From: an uncultured Gemmatimonadaceae bacterium
Lineage (GTDB): Bacteria > Gemmatimonadota > Gemmatimonadetes > Gemmatimonadales > Gemmatimonadaceae
Length of the DNA stretch: 64,000 nucleotides
Direction: 5' to 3'
NCBI GenBank assembly: GCA_963829055.1
Contig: CAWHHI010000012.1
Location: 256,001 to 320,000 of the forward strand
The notes beneath the pieces are model-generated. The model searched no databases. It saw nothing but the letters and a program-made list of their open reading frames with translations, and was not told where the DNA came from. Numbering within the stretch: position 1 is the stretch's first letter; each line of letters opens with the position of its first letter. The translations under genes were made by a program, and so were the position numbers. Below are positions 22,989 through 33,752 of this stretch, piece by piece.

Positions 22989-24158
22989 ATGACGCGCGTT
23001 TTCGACGAGGACCTCGACGCAGGATTCGCCACGCGGGCCATCCATGCCGGACAGCGACCAGAGCCGCTCGCCGGCGCGATCATGACGCCGCTGTACCTGA
23101 CGTCCACCTACGTGCAGGATGGACTCGGAAAAAACAAAGGCTACGAATACGCGCGCGGCAAGAACCCAACGCGCGAGGCGCTCGAGCGCAACGTCGCCGC
23201 CCTGGAAGGTGGCCGCCATGGTTTCGCGTTCGCGAGCGGCATGGGCTGTCTCGACTCGATCATGAAGCTGTTCCGATCGGGAGATCACATCGTCTGCGGC
23301 GAGAACGTGTACGGCGGAACGTCACGGTTGTTCGATCGCATTCTCGTCAATCTCGGCCTGCGATTCACGTACGTGGATACGCGCTACGCCGATCGCGTCG
23401 TGGATGCGGTGACTCCGGAAACCAGGGCTATCCTCGTCGAGACGCCCACGAATCCGATGATGTGGATCGCAGACCTCGCTGCGATGAAAGAGATCGCGGC
23501 CCGCGCCAATGCCCTGCTCATCGTCGACAATACGTTCGCCACGCCGTACTTCCAGCAACCGCTCGACTTCGGCGCCGACATCGTATATCACTCGACGACC
23601 AAGTATCTCAACGGGCACAGCGACATGATCGGCGGTATCGCGGTCGTGCGCGATGATGATCTCGCCGCCAAGCTGCAGTTCATTCACAACGCTGCCGGCG
23701 CCGTCGCCGGCCCGTTCGACGCCTGGCTCGCGTTGCGCGGCACTAAGACGCTGCACCTGCGCATGCGCCAGCATGACGCGAACGGACGCCAGATCGCGAC
23801 GTGGCTCGCCGCACGGTTCGGAGAGGAGCGCGTCATCTACCCTGGGCTGCCCTCGCATCCACAGCACGAGCTGGCGTGTCGCCAGATGAAGGGGTTCGGC
23901 GGAATGATCTCGCTGGACCTCGAGACGAGAGAACGCGCCGCGCGTGTCCTCGATCGCGTGAAGGTGTTCGCGCTCGCCGAGTCACTTGGTGGCGTCGAGA
24001 GTCTCATCTGCCTTCCGGCCGCGATGACACACGCCTCGGTGCCACCTGAACGTCGCGCGCGCATCGGCATCGGCGAGGGGCTGATTCGCCTCTCCTGCGG
24101 CGTCGAGGATCCAGAGGACCTGATGGCCGACTTGGAGCAGGCATTCGAGGGGCTTTAA
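22989..24158 (+). CDS. Cystathionine gamma-lyase/synthase (PLP-dependent transsulfuration enzyme)
   Basis: YEYARGKNPTR, ETPTNP, VDNTFATP, HSTTKYLNGHSD, AESLGGVESL. Confidence 0.92.
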   Translation: MTRVFDEDLDAGFATRAIHAGQRPEPLAGAIMTPLYLTSTYVQDGLGKNKGYEYARGKNPTREALERNVAALEGGRHGFAFASGMGCLDSIMKLFRSGDHIVCGENVYGGTSRLFDRILVNLGLRFTYVDTRYADRVVDAVTPETRAILVETPTNPMMWIADLAAMKEIAARANALLIVDNTFATPYFQQPLDFGADIVYHSTTKYLNGHSDMIGGIAVVRDDDLAAKLQFIHNAAGAVAGPFDAWLALRGTKTLHLRMRQHDANGRQIATWLAARFGEERVIYPGLPSHPQHELACRQMKGFGGMISLDLETRERAARVLDRVKVFALAESLGGVESLICLPAAMTHASVPPERRARIGIGEGLIRLSCGVEDPEDLMADLEQAFEGL

Positions 24159-24261
24159 CAACGCGCGGTGGCGGGTGGGCGCTTGTTGTTTGATGCTGGC
24201 TCGCCCCCGTGCCTCAGCATACCTTCGATCGGGCGGACACTTCAGGCGCGAGTCCGCCGTA

Positions 24262-24308
24262 GGGACTGGGTCTCGACTACCCGTCCCCTGTAACAAGTCC
24301 CCAGTCCC
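24262..24308. repeat. GGGACTGGG...CCCAGTCCC inverted repeat
   Basis: Arms at 24262-24270 and 24300-24308, directly before the M48 peptidase start; same arms recur at 45.5 kb. Confidence 0.55.
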
Positions 24309-24316
24309 ACGTCTCT

Positions 24317-25288
24317 ATGGCTGACCGCAAAGTCCTCACCCAGATCTCCTCGACGGCCTGGGAGCACGCGGCTGATCGGGCCGCCCTGAACAGCCTTCGC
24401 GCCATTCCCGGCTTCGACGAAGTCGTGCGGAAGATCGCCGGCTTCTTCGGCGAGAAAGGCGTTCGCCAGCTCTTTCTCGCGAACGCGGTGCTCGTCGGAC
24501 CGAAGCAGCGCCCTGCCTTGAACGCATTGTATGGCGAAGTCGTCGAGACGTTGGACTGGCCGGAACGCCCCGACCTGTACGTGTCGCAAACACCGTTCGT
24601 GAACGCCGCCGCCGTCGGCTTCGACAAGCCGTTCATCGTCCTCAACTCGGCCACCATCGCGCTGCTCGACAAGGAAGAGCGTCGCGACATCCTTGGCCAC
24701 GAGTTGGGTCACATCATGAGCGGCCACACGACCTACACGACCATCGCGATCATCATCATGACGGTCGGGCTGCGTAACCTGCCCTTCCTCGCTGGCATGG
24801 CCCTGCTGCCGTTCCAGCTCGCGTTGCTCGAGTGGTATCGCAAGGCGGAGCTCTCGGCTGATCGCGCGGGGCTGCTCGCGACGCAGGATCTCGACGTCTC
24901 GATGCGCACCTTCCTGAAAATGGCTGGCGGCGGACCGGGCGACGACGAGATCAGCCTCGAGGCGTTCCTCGAGCAGGCCGAGACGTACGAGACCCAGGGC
25001 GATCTCGCGGATCGCGTCTGGCAGGTGATCAATACCGCGTTCAAGACCCACCCGTTCGGCACGGTGCGCGCGGCCGAGCTGCAGCGTTGGGTAAAGAGCG
25101 GGCAGTACGACGCGATTCTCAACGGCGACTATCCGCGGCGCGGCGACACGGGCGCGAAGTTGAGCGACGACTACGTCGATGCGGCTGGCTACTATGGGAA
25201 CCAGGCGCGCGAGGCAATGTCGCAGGTTGGCGACGTCCTCGCCCGCGCGCGCGACGCGTTCAACAGCGCGTTCAGAACGGAACCGTGA
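24317..25288 (+). CDS. M48 family zinc metallopeptidase
   Basis: VNAAAVG, GHELGH, RKAELSADRAG, THP motif. Confidence 0.9.
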   Translation: MADRKVLTQISSTAWEHAADRAALNSLRAIPGFDEVVRKIAGFFGEKGVRQLFLANAVLVGPKQRPALNALYGEVVETLDWPERPDLYVSQTPFVNAAAVGFDKPFIVLNSATIALLDKEERRDILGHELGHIMSGHTTYTTIAIIIMTVGLRNLPFLAGMALLPFQLALLEWYRKAELSADRAGLLATQDLDVSMRTFLKMAGGGPGDDEISLEAFLEQAETYETQGDLADRVWQVINTAFKTHPFGTVRAAELQRWVKSGQYDAILNGDYPRRGDTGAKLSDDYVDAAGYYGNQAREAMSQVGDVLARARDAFNSAFRTEP

Positions 25289-26573
25289 AGGCACTGATTG
25301 TCGGCGGGGGCGGTCGTGAGCACGCCCTCGCCTGGAAGCTGAAGCGGGACGACCCCACAATCGAGCTCCTCGCTGCGCCGGGCAACCCGGGCATCGCGGA
25401 GCTCGCGCGTTGTGTGGCGGTATCAGCGACGGACGTCACGCGGATTGTGGACCTCGCGGCGCAGGAACGCGTCGACCTCGTGGTCGTGGGGCCGGAAGCA
25501 CCATTAGCCGCCGGGCTCGCGGACGCGCTGTGCGGGCGCGGCCTTCCGGTGTTCGGGCCGTCGGCTGCGGCGGCTCGTATCGAGACCTCGAAGCGGTTCG
25601 CGAAAGAGGTCATGGCCGACGCAGGCGTTCCCACGGCGCGCGCGTCGCATCACTCGGAAGTCGACTCGGCGCGTCGCGCCGTCGCCGACTTCGGTGCACC
25701 GGTGGTCATCAAGGCGACGGGCCTGGCGTCGGGAAAGGGCGTCGTCGTCTGTGAGTCGGTCGACGCAGGCCTACGCCGCGGTCGACCGCATGCTGCGGGA
25801 CGGCGCGTTAGGCGATGCCGGCAACGAAATCCTCGTCGAGGAGTTCATGGAGGGCGAGGAGCTGTCGCTCTTCGCGCTGACGGACGGCGAGCGGTACCTG
25901 ACGATGATCCCCGTGCAGGACCACAAGCGGTTGTTCGCCGGAGACGCCGGTCCAAATACCGGGGGGATGGGCGCCTACGCGCCCGTCGCCGTCGGCACCG
26001 ATGCGCTCGTTAGGCAGGCGGGCGCGCGGATCATCGAACCGACGCTCGCGGCGCTGCGCGAGCGTGGCGCGTCGTTCAGTGGTCTGCTGTACGCGGGACT
26101 CATGCTGACCGACGAGGGCCCGAAGGTCGTCGAGTTCAACTGCCGCTTCGGCGATCCCGAGACACAGGCGATTCTGCCCACTCATGCGCAGCTCGCTATT
26201 GGACGCGTTCGTCGCGGTCGCGTCAGGCGACGGGCTTTCGGGAATGGACCCGTTCGACTGGAGTGAGCAGTTCGCGGTCACGACCGTTCTCGCCGCGCCC
26301 GGATATCCTGATGCCCCGGCTACCGGCGACCGCATCACGCTCCCGGAGCAGCACGGGGACGTCATCGTATTCCATGCCGGCACGAGCCGCGACCGCGACG
26401 GCGCGCTGGTGACGGCCGGCGGACGCGTGCTCGCCGCGACAGGCGTGGCGGCTTCGTTCGACGTCGCACAGCGCGCAAGCGTGGAGTACGCGGAGGCGGT
26501 GCAGTTCACCGGCAAGCAGTACCGTGCCGACATCGGCTGGCGAGAGTCAGCCCGACGTGCCCGAGCTACCTGA
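25285..26573 (+). CDS. purD: Phosphoribosylamine--glycine ligase; frameshifts near 25770 and 26180
   Basis: GGGGREHALAW, PGNPG, VGPEAPL, QDHKR, GPNTGGMGAY, EFNCRFGDPETQ, FHAGT, GGRVL, YRADIG. Confidence 0.95.
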
Positions 26574-27384
26574 AACGGAGACGATCGCGCGTGACCTCGA
26601 CCGCGCGATCTCCGGCAGCACGATCAGCGACGTCCGGGTCACGCGACCCGACGTCCTGCGGGAAGTGGATCCGGCCGAACTGCAACGTCGCATCGTGGGG
26701 ACCGTCATCGAGCACTCGTGGCGGCGCGCGAAGCTCGTCGTGCTCGATTTGTCGTCCGGCGACCGCATCGTAGTGCAGCCGCGATTCACCGGCGCCCTGC
26801 TCGTCGATGATGGGAATCTCCCCGAGAGCGAGCGACGCTACTCCACGATCGAGTTCGTCCTCGGTGATGGGCGGTCGCTTCATTATCGAGACATCCGCCG
26901 CCTCGGCACGGTCAGCCTGATGGACGACGGCCGCTTCTCGCGGTACTCCGCGGCGCTCGGCATGGAGCCGTTGGACCCAGCCTTTACCGCCGAGCGACTG
27001 TCGGCCATTCTTCGGGCTTCGCGACAAGCAGTGAAGCGAGTGTTGATGGACCAACGTCGAGTCGTTGGAGTGGGAAACATTTACGCGAACGAAGTGCTCT
27101 GGCGTACGGGCATCGATCCCTCACGGTCGGCGGCGACCCTGTCGCCGATCGAGGCGGAGCATTTGCACCACGAGCTTCGCAACGTACTCCATGCGGCGGT
27201 CGATGCCCGTGGTACGAGCTTTCGCGATTACCGTGACGCATCTGGCCAGCGCGGTTCGTTCGCCGAGCAACTCGACGCCTACGGGCGCGAGGGCGAGCCG
27301 TGTCGGCGCTGCGGACGCCGCCTCTTCGTCACGCACGAGATCGACGGGCGCTCCACGGTGTTCTGTTGGTCATGCCAGCGCTGA
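26557..27384 (+). CDS. mutM: Formamidopyrimidine-DNA glycosylase
   Basis: N-terminal PELPE, RRAK, GVGNIYANE, C-terminal zinc finger CRRC...CWSCQ. Confidence 0.95.
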   Translation: MPELPETETIARDLDRAISGSTISDVRVTRPDVLREVDPAELQRRIVGTVIEHSWRRAKLVVLDLSSGDRIVVQPRFTGALLVDDGNLPESERRYSTIEFVLGDGRSLHYRDIRRLGTVSLMDDGRFSRYSAALGMEPLDPAFTAERLSAILRASRQAVKRVLMDQRRVVGVGNIYANEVLWRTGIDPSRSAATLSPIEAEHLHHELRNVLHAAVDARGTSFRDYRDASGQRGSFAEQLDAYGREGEPCRRCGRRLFVTHEIDGRSTVFCWSCQR

Positions 27385-28479
27385 GAGCGTCGCGGCGCGA
27401 GCCCACGTCGGACGCGGAGCTCGCGCGCATGCGCGGCGTGGTTCGCGAGGGAGCGCAGGACCGCCCTGGCATTTACCGCATGCTGTCGGCCGACGGCGAG
27501 GTGGTATACGTCGGCAAATCGAAGCGCGTTCGGACTCGGCTCCTGAGCTACTTCCGCTGTGCGTATCCCGAGGACAAGGGTGCGCGCATTCTTCGCGAAG
27601 CTTCGACGATCGACTGGGAGTACACGCCGAGCGAGTTCTCCGCGCTGCTCACGGAATTGCGCCTGATCAAGCGATTGCGACCGCGCTTCAACGTCGCGAT
27701 GAAACGCGACGCGCGTCACTATGCCTTCATCAAGCTGAGTCGCGGCGCCGCACCCAAGCTCCTGGTGGTTCGCGGGGCCGGGAGTGAAGACGGCGGGATC
27801 TACTACGGTCCGTTCGTGGGTGCGCAACGCATCGGAGACGCGGTGCGCGAGCTGAGCGATGCGCTCGGATTGCGCGACTGCTCGCTGGACCAGAAGATGT
27901 ACTTCGCGGACCAGGCTGACTTGTTCGGAACGCCGACGCGCACTCCGGGTTGCATCAGGCACGAAGTCCGGAAATGTCTCGGTCCCTGCGTTGCCGCTTG
28001 CACGCTGAGCGCGTACATGGAGCGCGTGAAGATGGCTCGTGCGTTCCTCGATGGCGCCGACGACGGACCGATTGAACGGCTTCGCGCGGACATGCAGGGC
28101 GCGAGTGAGCGCATGGAGTTCGAACGCGCCGGGTCGTTACGAGACAAGCTGCACCGCCTGGAGGAGCTCCGCGAACAGTTCGGGAGGCTGCGGTTCGCAG
28201 TCGAAACGTTGTCGTTTCTTTACACGGTCCGCGGGCACGAAGGCGAGGACCGGTTGTATTTGATTCGGCGCGGGCGCGTGAGGGCCGAGCTGCCGACACC
28301 GCGCACGGCGAAAGACCGCCGGTCGGTAGACGAGTTGGTGCAGTCGGTCTACTCGCAAGTCAGAACGGAAGAGCTCGTCGGTCCCCACCCACGAGATCGA
28401 TGAGCTGTTGCTGCTGTCGTCATGGTTCAGAAGAAACCCAGCAGAGCTCGATAACACTCGCCCTGCCGAACGCGGTTAA
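27372..28479 (+). CDS. UvrC-like GIY-YIG endonuclease with UVR domain (Cho-like, short); frameshift near 28360
   Basis: PGIYRM, YVGKSKRVRTRLLSYF, LIKRLRPRFN, YGPF, CLGPC, MEFERAGSLRD. Confidence 0.85.
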
Positions 28480-28614
28480 ATGGTGTAGTATCCGTCTAAC
28501 CGCGACTGACAACTGGCGCCGCCCATCGTGCTTAAGGTGGCCAGTGTCTTGCACATTCGCTCGAAGCACGCCGCGCCGCCGACGGTTCGTGGCCCCTAGC
28601 TCCGGGAGTAAGCG

Positions 28615-28833
28615 ATGACGACCTCTTGGCAACCGACGACCCTCGTCCAGTGCATCAGCGTGCGACCGTGGCTGACGTACCCCGGTTGCGACGAGCCCGG
28701 TGGGTGTCATGACCTCACCTTGGGCCGCATCTACGAGATGCTGGGCATCGAGGCGAGCGGATCGTTCTACCGCATCGTCGACGATTCCGGCGAAGACTAC
28801 CTGTACCCTGCTTCGCACTTTCGAGTCGTCTGA
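28615..28833 (+). CDS. Small hypothetical protein (72 aa)
   Basis: GGGAG RBS; coding-like codon usage; C-terminal RIVDDSGEDYLYPASHF. Confidence 0.7.
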   Translation: MTTSWQPTTLVQCISVRPWLTYPGCDEPGGCHDLTLGRIYEMLGIEASGSFYRIVDDSGEDYLYPASHFRVV

Positions 28834-28851
28834 GCGCGACTCAGCGGGCTC

Positions 28852-29346
28852 CTAGGCGAGTAGCGGTATCAGCTCTGCCTTCGCCCGCCCGCCCGCGATC
28901 GTGAGTCGAGCAACGCTCGGCGTGAGATCGAACCGCCGGGGACCCGCAGCACCAGGATTGAGCGCGAGCCGGCCGCCTGCACCGGCGATCAGCGGTCGAT
29001 GGGTGTGCCCAAATACTACGACGTCAGCACTGTAACGCTCCAGTAGCTTCACCGGCGTCGGAGACCCGACCTCGTGTCCGTGGCTCACGTGAATCGAAAC
29101 GCCACCTATGGTCAGCTCGATCGACTGTGAGAGGCGGGGGTCACCGGGGGCATCCGTATTTCCATAGACCGCGCGAATCGGCGCGATGAGCGCCAACTCG
29201 TCGAGCACGTCGTCGCCGCCAACGTCGCCGGCGTGAAGGATCATCTCGACGCCCGCGAGCGCAGTATGAACGTCGGCTCTCACGAGACCGTGCGTGTCGG
29301 AGATGATGCCAATGACGCGCGGCTCCTCCGCACCCGAATCGCTCAT
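28852..29346 (-). CDS. YfcE-family metallophosphoesterase
   Basis: ISDTHG, HAGD, GNTD, HGH, GHTH, NPG. Confidence 0.9.
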   Translation of the reverse strand: MSDSGAEEPRVIGIISDTHGLVRADVHTALAGVEMILHAGDVGGDDVLDELALIAPIRAVYGNTDAPGDPRLSQSIELTIGGVSIHVSHGHEVGSPTPVKLLERYSADVVVFGHTHRPLIAGAGGRLALNPGAAGPRRFDLTPSVARLTIAGGRAKAELIPLLA

Positions 29347-29954
29347 TCGCTGGACTCGCTCCCCCACCGCGGGACCAGCGCCTGTTCGACGCCGAGTTGA
29401 TCGAGCACGCGACCGACGATGAAATCGACCAGGTCTCCGATCGTGCGCGGACGGTGATAGAACCCCGGTGACGCCGGAAGAATGACAGCGCCGGCCCGCG
29501 TCAACGTCATCATGTTCTCGAGGTGGATGGCGCTGTACGGCGACTCGCGCGGCACGAGAATGAGTCGGCGCCGTTCCTTGAGCGTCACGTCGGCGGCACG
29601 CTCCACGAGCGATCGTGACGCACCGACCGCGATCGCCGACATGGTGCCCATCGAACACGGGCAGATGACCATCCCGGCCGACAATGCCGACCCGGACGCC
29701 GGCGCTGCGCCACGATCGCGATCATCGTACACGCGGACGACCGTATCCCAGCCGGCGGCCCCTACACGTTCACGCAGCGCCGCGACCGATTCGATGTCCA
29801 TCTCGGTCTTGAGCAGACGCACGCCGTGATCGGACACGATCAATGACACGCGTTGCTGGCGCTCCACCAGCGCCTCGATCAGTCGCACCGCGTACGGCGC
29901 ACCCGAGGCACCGGTGACCGCCACAATGATCGGGCGATCGGCAGCAGCCGTCAT
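29343..29954 (-). CDS. ubiX: Flavin prenyltransferase
   Basis: VTGASGAPY, ASGS, PCSMGT, RAADVTLKERR, PRESP, PASPGFYHRP. Confidence 0.95.
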   Translation of the reverse strand: MTAAADRPIIVAVTGASGAPYAVRLIEALVERQQRVSLIVSDHGVRLLKTEMDIESVAALRERVGAAGWDTVVRVYDDRDRGAAPASGSALSAGMVICPCSMGTMSAIAVGASRSLVERAADVTLKERRRLILVPRESPYSAIHLENMMTLTRAGAVILPASPGFYHRPRTIGDLVDFIVGRVLDQLGVEQALVPRWGSESSE

Positions 29955-30850
29955 CGCACCAGGCGTTCGGCGAGCACGAAGCCGAAAAACGTTAGGCTGA
30001 TGACGCCGTTCATGGTGAAGAAGGCGGCGTCGAGCCGCGACAGGTCATCCCCCCGGACGAGTGAGTGCTCGTAGAGGAGGAGGGCGGCGGCGACGGCCAC
30101 GCCGGCCGCGTACAACCAACCGACCGGCACCGCAGTCCCCACAGCCGCGAGCGCGACGATCGTGAGCACGTGCAACCCGCGCGCGATGGCGAGCGCGCCG
30201 CGCCGGCCGAACACGACCGGCACGGAATGTAGACGCTCGGCGCGATCGAACTCTTCATCTTGCAGCGCGTACAGGATATCGAAGCCGGCAGTCCACGACG
30301 AGACGCCAAGTGCCAGGGCAATGAGCATCCACCACGGCGTGCTCCATCCCCCCGCGACGGCGAGATAGCCACCGACCGGAGCAATCGCGAGACCGATACC
30401 CAGCACGATGTGTGACCAGTGCGTGAACCGCTTGGTGTAGCTGTACCACAACACCCAGCCTAACGCGATTGGACTGAGCACCGCACACAGCGGGTTGAGG
30501 CGCCACGCGGCGAACACGAAGACGATGCTCGCGAGGACGACGGCGAGCGTCGCCTCACGGACGCCAAGCAGCCCACTCGGAAGCTCGCGCCGCGCCGTGC
30601 GCGGATTCTTCGCGTCGATCTGTCGGTCCACGATGCGGTTGAAACCCATCGCGGCGAACCGGGCGGCGGTGAACGCGATGACGATCCACGCGACCTCGGC
30701 GACCGTGACGCGTCGCGTGAAGCTCGCCAGCGTCGCGCCCACGAGCGCGAATGGCAGTGCGAACACCGTGTGCGGCAGCTTCACGAAGTTCACGTATCGC
30801 ACGAGCCGTGAGCCGCCGTCGAACGTCTGTCCTTCCCGCGGTCGCATCAT
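29951..30850 (-). CDS. UbiA-family polyprenyltransferase (MqnP-like)
   Basis: [51 protein letters not shown]. Confidence 0.9.
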   Translation of the reverse strand: MMRPREGQTFDGGSRLVRYVNFVKLPHTVFALPFALVGATLASFTRRVTVAEVAWIVIAFTAARFAAMGFNRIVDRQIDAKNPRTARRELPSGLLGVREATLAVVLASIVFVFAAWRLNPLCAVLSPIALGWVLWYSYTKRFTHWSHIVLGIGLAIAPVGGYLAVAGGWSTPWWMLIALALGVSSWTAGFDILYALQDEEFDRAERLHSVPVVFGRRGALAIARGLHVLTIVALAAVGTAVPVGWLYAAGVAVAAALLLYEHSLVRGDDLSRLDAAFFTMNGVISLTFFGFVLAERLVR

Positions 30851-32235
30851 TCCCCTCGCCCTCCGCCACCAAACCGTGAAACGACATCGCTGAGTGAGCT
30901 CGCCGAACCCTCGAGCGCATGCGCCGTCTCGCGCAGTTGCTCGGTGAGCGACCGTTGATGATGCATTGCGCGCGTGGCCTCGTCGGCGGCTCCGGACGAC
31001 GCGTCCGCCGCATCGGCCACCAGCGCCGACGCCTCATTCACCTGCCTAACGAGCGCATCCTGCCGTTCCGACGCTCGCAGTACCGCGTCGGCGAGCGCCA
31101 ACGTGCGGCGCGCGTCCTGCTCGATCGATTGAAAGACGCCGACCGCTTCGCGCATGACCTGCTCGCCGCGCTTCACCGCCGATTCCATGCGCGCCACCCG
31201 TCCCGACGCATCCTCGATGCGGTCGGTCATCTCGCGCACCAGTACCTCGATGCGCCCCACCGACCCGCCACTCTGCATCGCCAGCTTCCCAACCTCTTCT
31301 GCCACCACCGCGAAGCCTCGCCCGGCTTCGCCGGCGCGCGCTGCCTCGATCGACGCGTTGAGCGCCAGCAAATTGGTTTGTCGGCCGATGTCGCCCACGA
31401 CCGTCGTCACGTCGCCGATCGCGCCTGACGACGTGCGCAACGCATCCATACGCTCGACGAGATCGCGGGCCAGCTCGGCGAGTTCGGTGACAGCGGTCAT
31501 CGCGGAGGCGGCACGGCCAACGCCGAGCTGCGCGCTGGCCTCCACTTTCGCGGAGATCTCGCGCGACTCGCGCGCGGACGCATGCGTGGCGGCGGCGGCC
31601 TCATCGAGTTGCGTCGCGGCGAGGCGAATCTGTCGCGCGGCATCCATGCTGCGCGCGACGCCGCCCGTCACGCCAGTGAGTTGTGTCGTGACCCGGCCTG
31701 CACCGTCGGCGACAGTCGCGCCAATGCGCGCGACATCCGACGACGCGCCCAGCACCTGGGTAGCAGTTTTCTTCGTTTCGCCAATGAGCCCACCGACTTC
31801 GCGCAACGCGGCAGCGATGTCTGCGCGGCCGGCAACGTCGTCATCGCCCTGGAGGAGAACGGCCCAGTCGCCGCGTCGCACCGCGCCCGCGAGCTGCTCG
31901 AGCAGCGCCAGCGGCCGCGACATGATCGCGTTCAGCCTAACGACGAACCACGCGATGGCGGCGAAGGACAATATCCACGCAATCACGAGCTCGATCGGTC
32001 GCAGCCCGCGAAAGGCAACGGTGTAGACGATCGTGCCGATGACCAGCAGGAACACACCGAGCGTCGACGCGATGTCGGCGATCAGGCTGCGAGCGTAACG
32101 CATGCGCACGAACGCCACCGCGGCGCCGACCACGACGAACATGAACGCGAGCGTGGCGTACAGGCGCGACGGGTCGTACGCTGCCCCCGGCTCCTGGAAC
32201 GCGGCCGCGACCAGCGCGGCGACGGGCATGGTCAC
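30847..32235 (-). CDS. Methyl-accepting chemotaxis protein with multi-TM N-terminus
   Basis: [34 protein letters not shown]; about three N-terminal hydrophobic helices; start approximate. Confidence 0.88.
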   Translation of the reverse strand: MTMPVAALVAAAFQEPGAAYDPSRLYATLAFMFVVVGAAVAFVRMRYARSLIADIASTLGVFLLVIGTIVYTVAFRGLRPIELVIAWILSFAAIAWFVVRLNAIMSRPLALLEQLAGAVRRGDWAVLLQGDDDVAGRADIAAALREVGGLIGETKKTATQVLGASSDVARIGATVADGAGRVTTQLTGVTGGVARSMDAARQIRLAATQLDEAAAATHASARESREISAKVEASAQLGVGRAASAMTAVTELAELARDLVERMDALRTSSGAIGDVTTVVGDIGRQTNLLALNASIEAARAGEAGRGFAVVAEEVGKLAMQSGGSVGRIEVLVREMTDRIEDASGRVARMESAVKRGEQVMREAVGVFQSIEQDARRTLALADAVLRASERQDALVRQVNEASALVADAADASSGAADEATRAMHHQRSLTEQLRETAHALEGSASSLSDVVSRFGGGGRGE

Positions 32236-32239
32236 GCGG

Positions 32240-33724
32240 TCACCGGCGAGACCCGATGCCCAACTGCCCCCAGATGCCGTCAACGGTCGCGCGCGTCGTC
32301 TCGTCCATCTCGATCACCTTCGGCCAGTTGCGGGTGAACCCTTCCTCGGGCCATTTACGCGTCGCGTCGATCCCCATCTTCGAGCCGTACGTGAATGCTC
32401 GGCTCGAGTGATCGAGGACGTCGACAGGGCCCATCGTGAACCGCGTATCGCGCTCGGGGTCGATGTTGTTGAGCGCGACCCACCACGCCTCCTGCGGGTT
32501 CCGCACGTTCACTTCCTTGTCGACGATCACGAGCACCTTCGCGAGCGACATCAGTCCTTGCCCCCACATGGCGTTCATCACCTTGTAGGCCTGGCCGGGA
32601 TACTGCTTGTCGATCGAGACGAACACGAGATTGTGGAAGATGCCCTCCGCCGGCATGTGATAGTCGACGATCTCCGGGATCGTCAGCTTCAGCAGCGGGA
32701 GGAAAATGCGCTCCGTTGCGTGTCCGAGATAGAAGTCCTCCATCGGTGGGCGGCCGACGATCGTAGACGAATACACCGGATTTCGCCGCATGGTGATCGC
32801 GGTGATGTGGACTTGTGGGTAGAGATCAGCCTCGGAGTAGAAGCCGGTGTGGTCGCCGAAGGGTCCCTCCGTGACGAGCGGCTCGCGCGGATCGATGTAT
32901 CCCTCCAGCACGAACTCCGCTTCCGCGGGCACCTCGAGATCACACGTGACCGCCTTCGCCAGCTGCACTGGCGCGCTGCGGAGAAAGCCGGCGAACAGGA
33001 ACTCGTCGACCGTCGGCGGCAGCGGTGCCGACGCCGAGTAGATGGACGCGGGATCGGCGCCGATCGCAATGCAGACGGGCATCGTTTCTCCACGCTCGGC
33101 CATCTCGCGCCAGTGCGCCGCGCCGACCTTGTGTCGCTGCCAGTGCATCGCGATGGTGCGTGGGCCGAGCACCTGCACGCGATACATGCCGACGTTCCGA
33201 ATGCCGCGCTTCGGATCGCGGGAGATCACCATGGGCAGCGTGATGTACGGCCCTCCATCCTCCGGCCAGCATGTCATGACCGGGATCTTGCGCAGATCCA
33301 CCTGATTGCCCTGCCAGATCACTTCCTGGCACGGCGGCGATCCCCCTTTCATTCGGGGAGGAAAGCGAGCCACCTCGAGCAGCCGGGGCACGAGCGACAG
33401 CTTGGCCACGAGACCATTCGGCACCTTGAGGTCCATGAGCTGCGTGATCCGCGCGCCGATGGCATCGAGATCGGTCACGCCGAGTGCGAGCGACATGCGC
33501 CGCATCGACCCGAACAGGTTGATGGCCACCGGGAAAGCCGAACGTGTCCCGTCATCGAGCACCACGTGTTCGAACAGCAGCGCCGGGCCGCCGCCCGGCA
33601 TTTTCATTGCGCGGTCGGAAATCTCGCACATCTCGAGGCGGGCGGCGACTGGATGCCTAACGCGTACGAGCTCGCCGATCCCTTCGATGGCGGCGATGAA
33701 GTCGGAGAGCGAATCGAGGCTCAT
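32240..33724 (-). CDS. UbiD-family decarboxylase (menaquinone biosynthesis, MqnL-like)
   Basis: [47 protein letters not shown]. Confidence 0.93.
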   Translation of the reverse strand: MSLDSLSDFIAAIEGIGELVRVRHPVAARLEMCEISDRAMKMPGGGPALLFEHVVLDDGTRSAFPVAINLFGSMRRMSLALGVTDLDAIGARITQLMDLKVPNGLVAKLSLVPRLLEVARFPPRMKGGSPPCQEVIWQGNQVDLRKIPVMTCWPEDGGPYITLPMVISRDPKRGIRNVGMYRVQVLGPRTIAMHWQRHKVGAAHWREMAERGETMPVCIAIGADPASIYSASAPLPPTVDEFLFAGFLRSAPVQLAKAVTCDLEVPAEAEFVLEGYIDPREPLVTEGPFGDHTGFYSEADLYPQVHITAITMRRNPVYSSTIVGRPPMEDFYLGHATERIFLPLLKLTIPEIVDYHMPAEGIFHNLVFVSIDKQYPGQAYKVMNAMWGQGLMSLAKVLVIVDKEVNVRNPQEAWWVALNNIDPERDTRFTMGPVDVLDHSSRAFTYGSKMGIDATRKWPEEGFTRNWPKVIEMDETTRATVDGIWGQLGIGSRR

Positions 33725-33752
33725 GTGGTCCGGGGACAGCGGTGAGCAGTCG

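Noticed and set aside
25285..26573. purD, trpE and other split genes as true pseudogenes or programmed frameshifts
   Set aside because: Motifs are intact on both sides, I saw no shared slippery sequence, and many unrelated genes are affected, so assembly error is more parsimonious.
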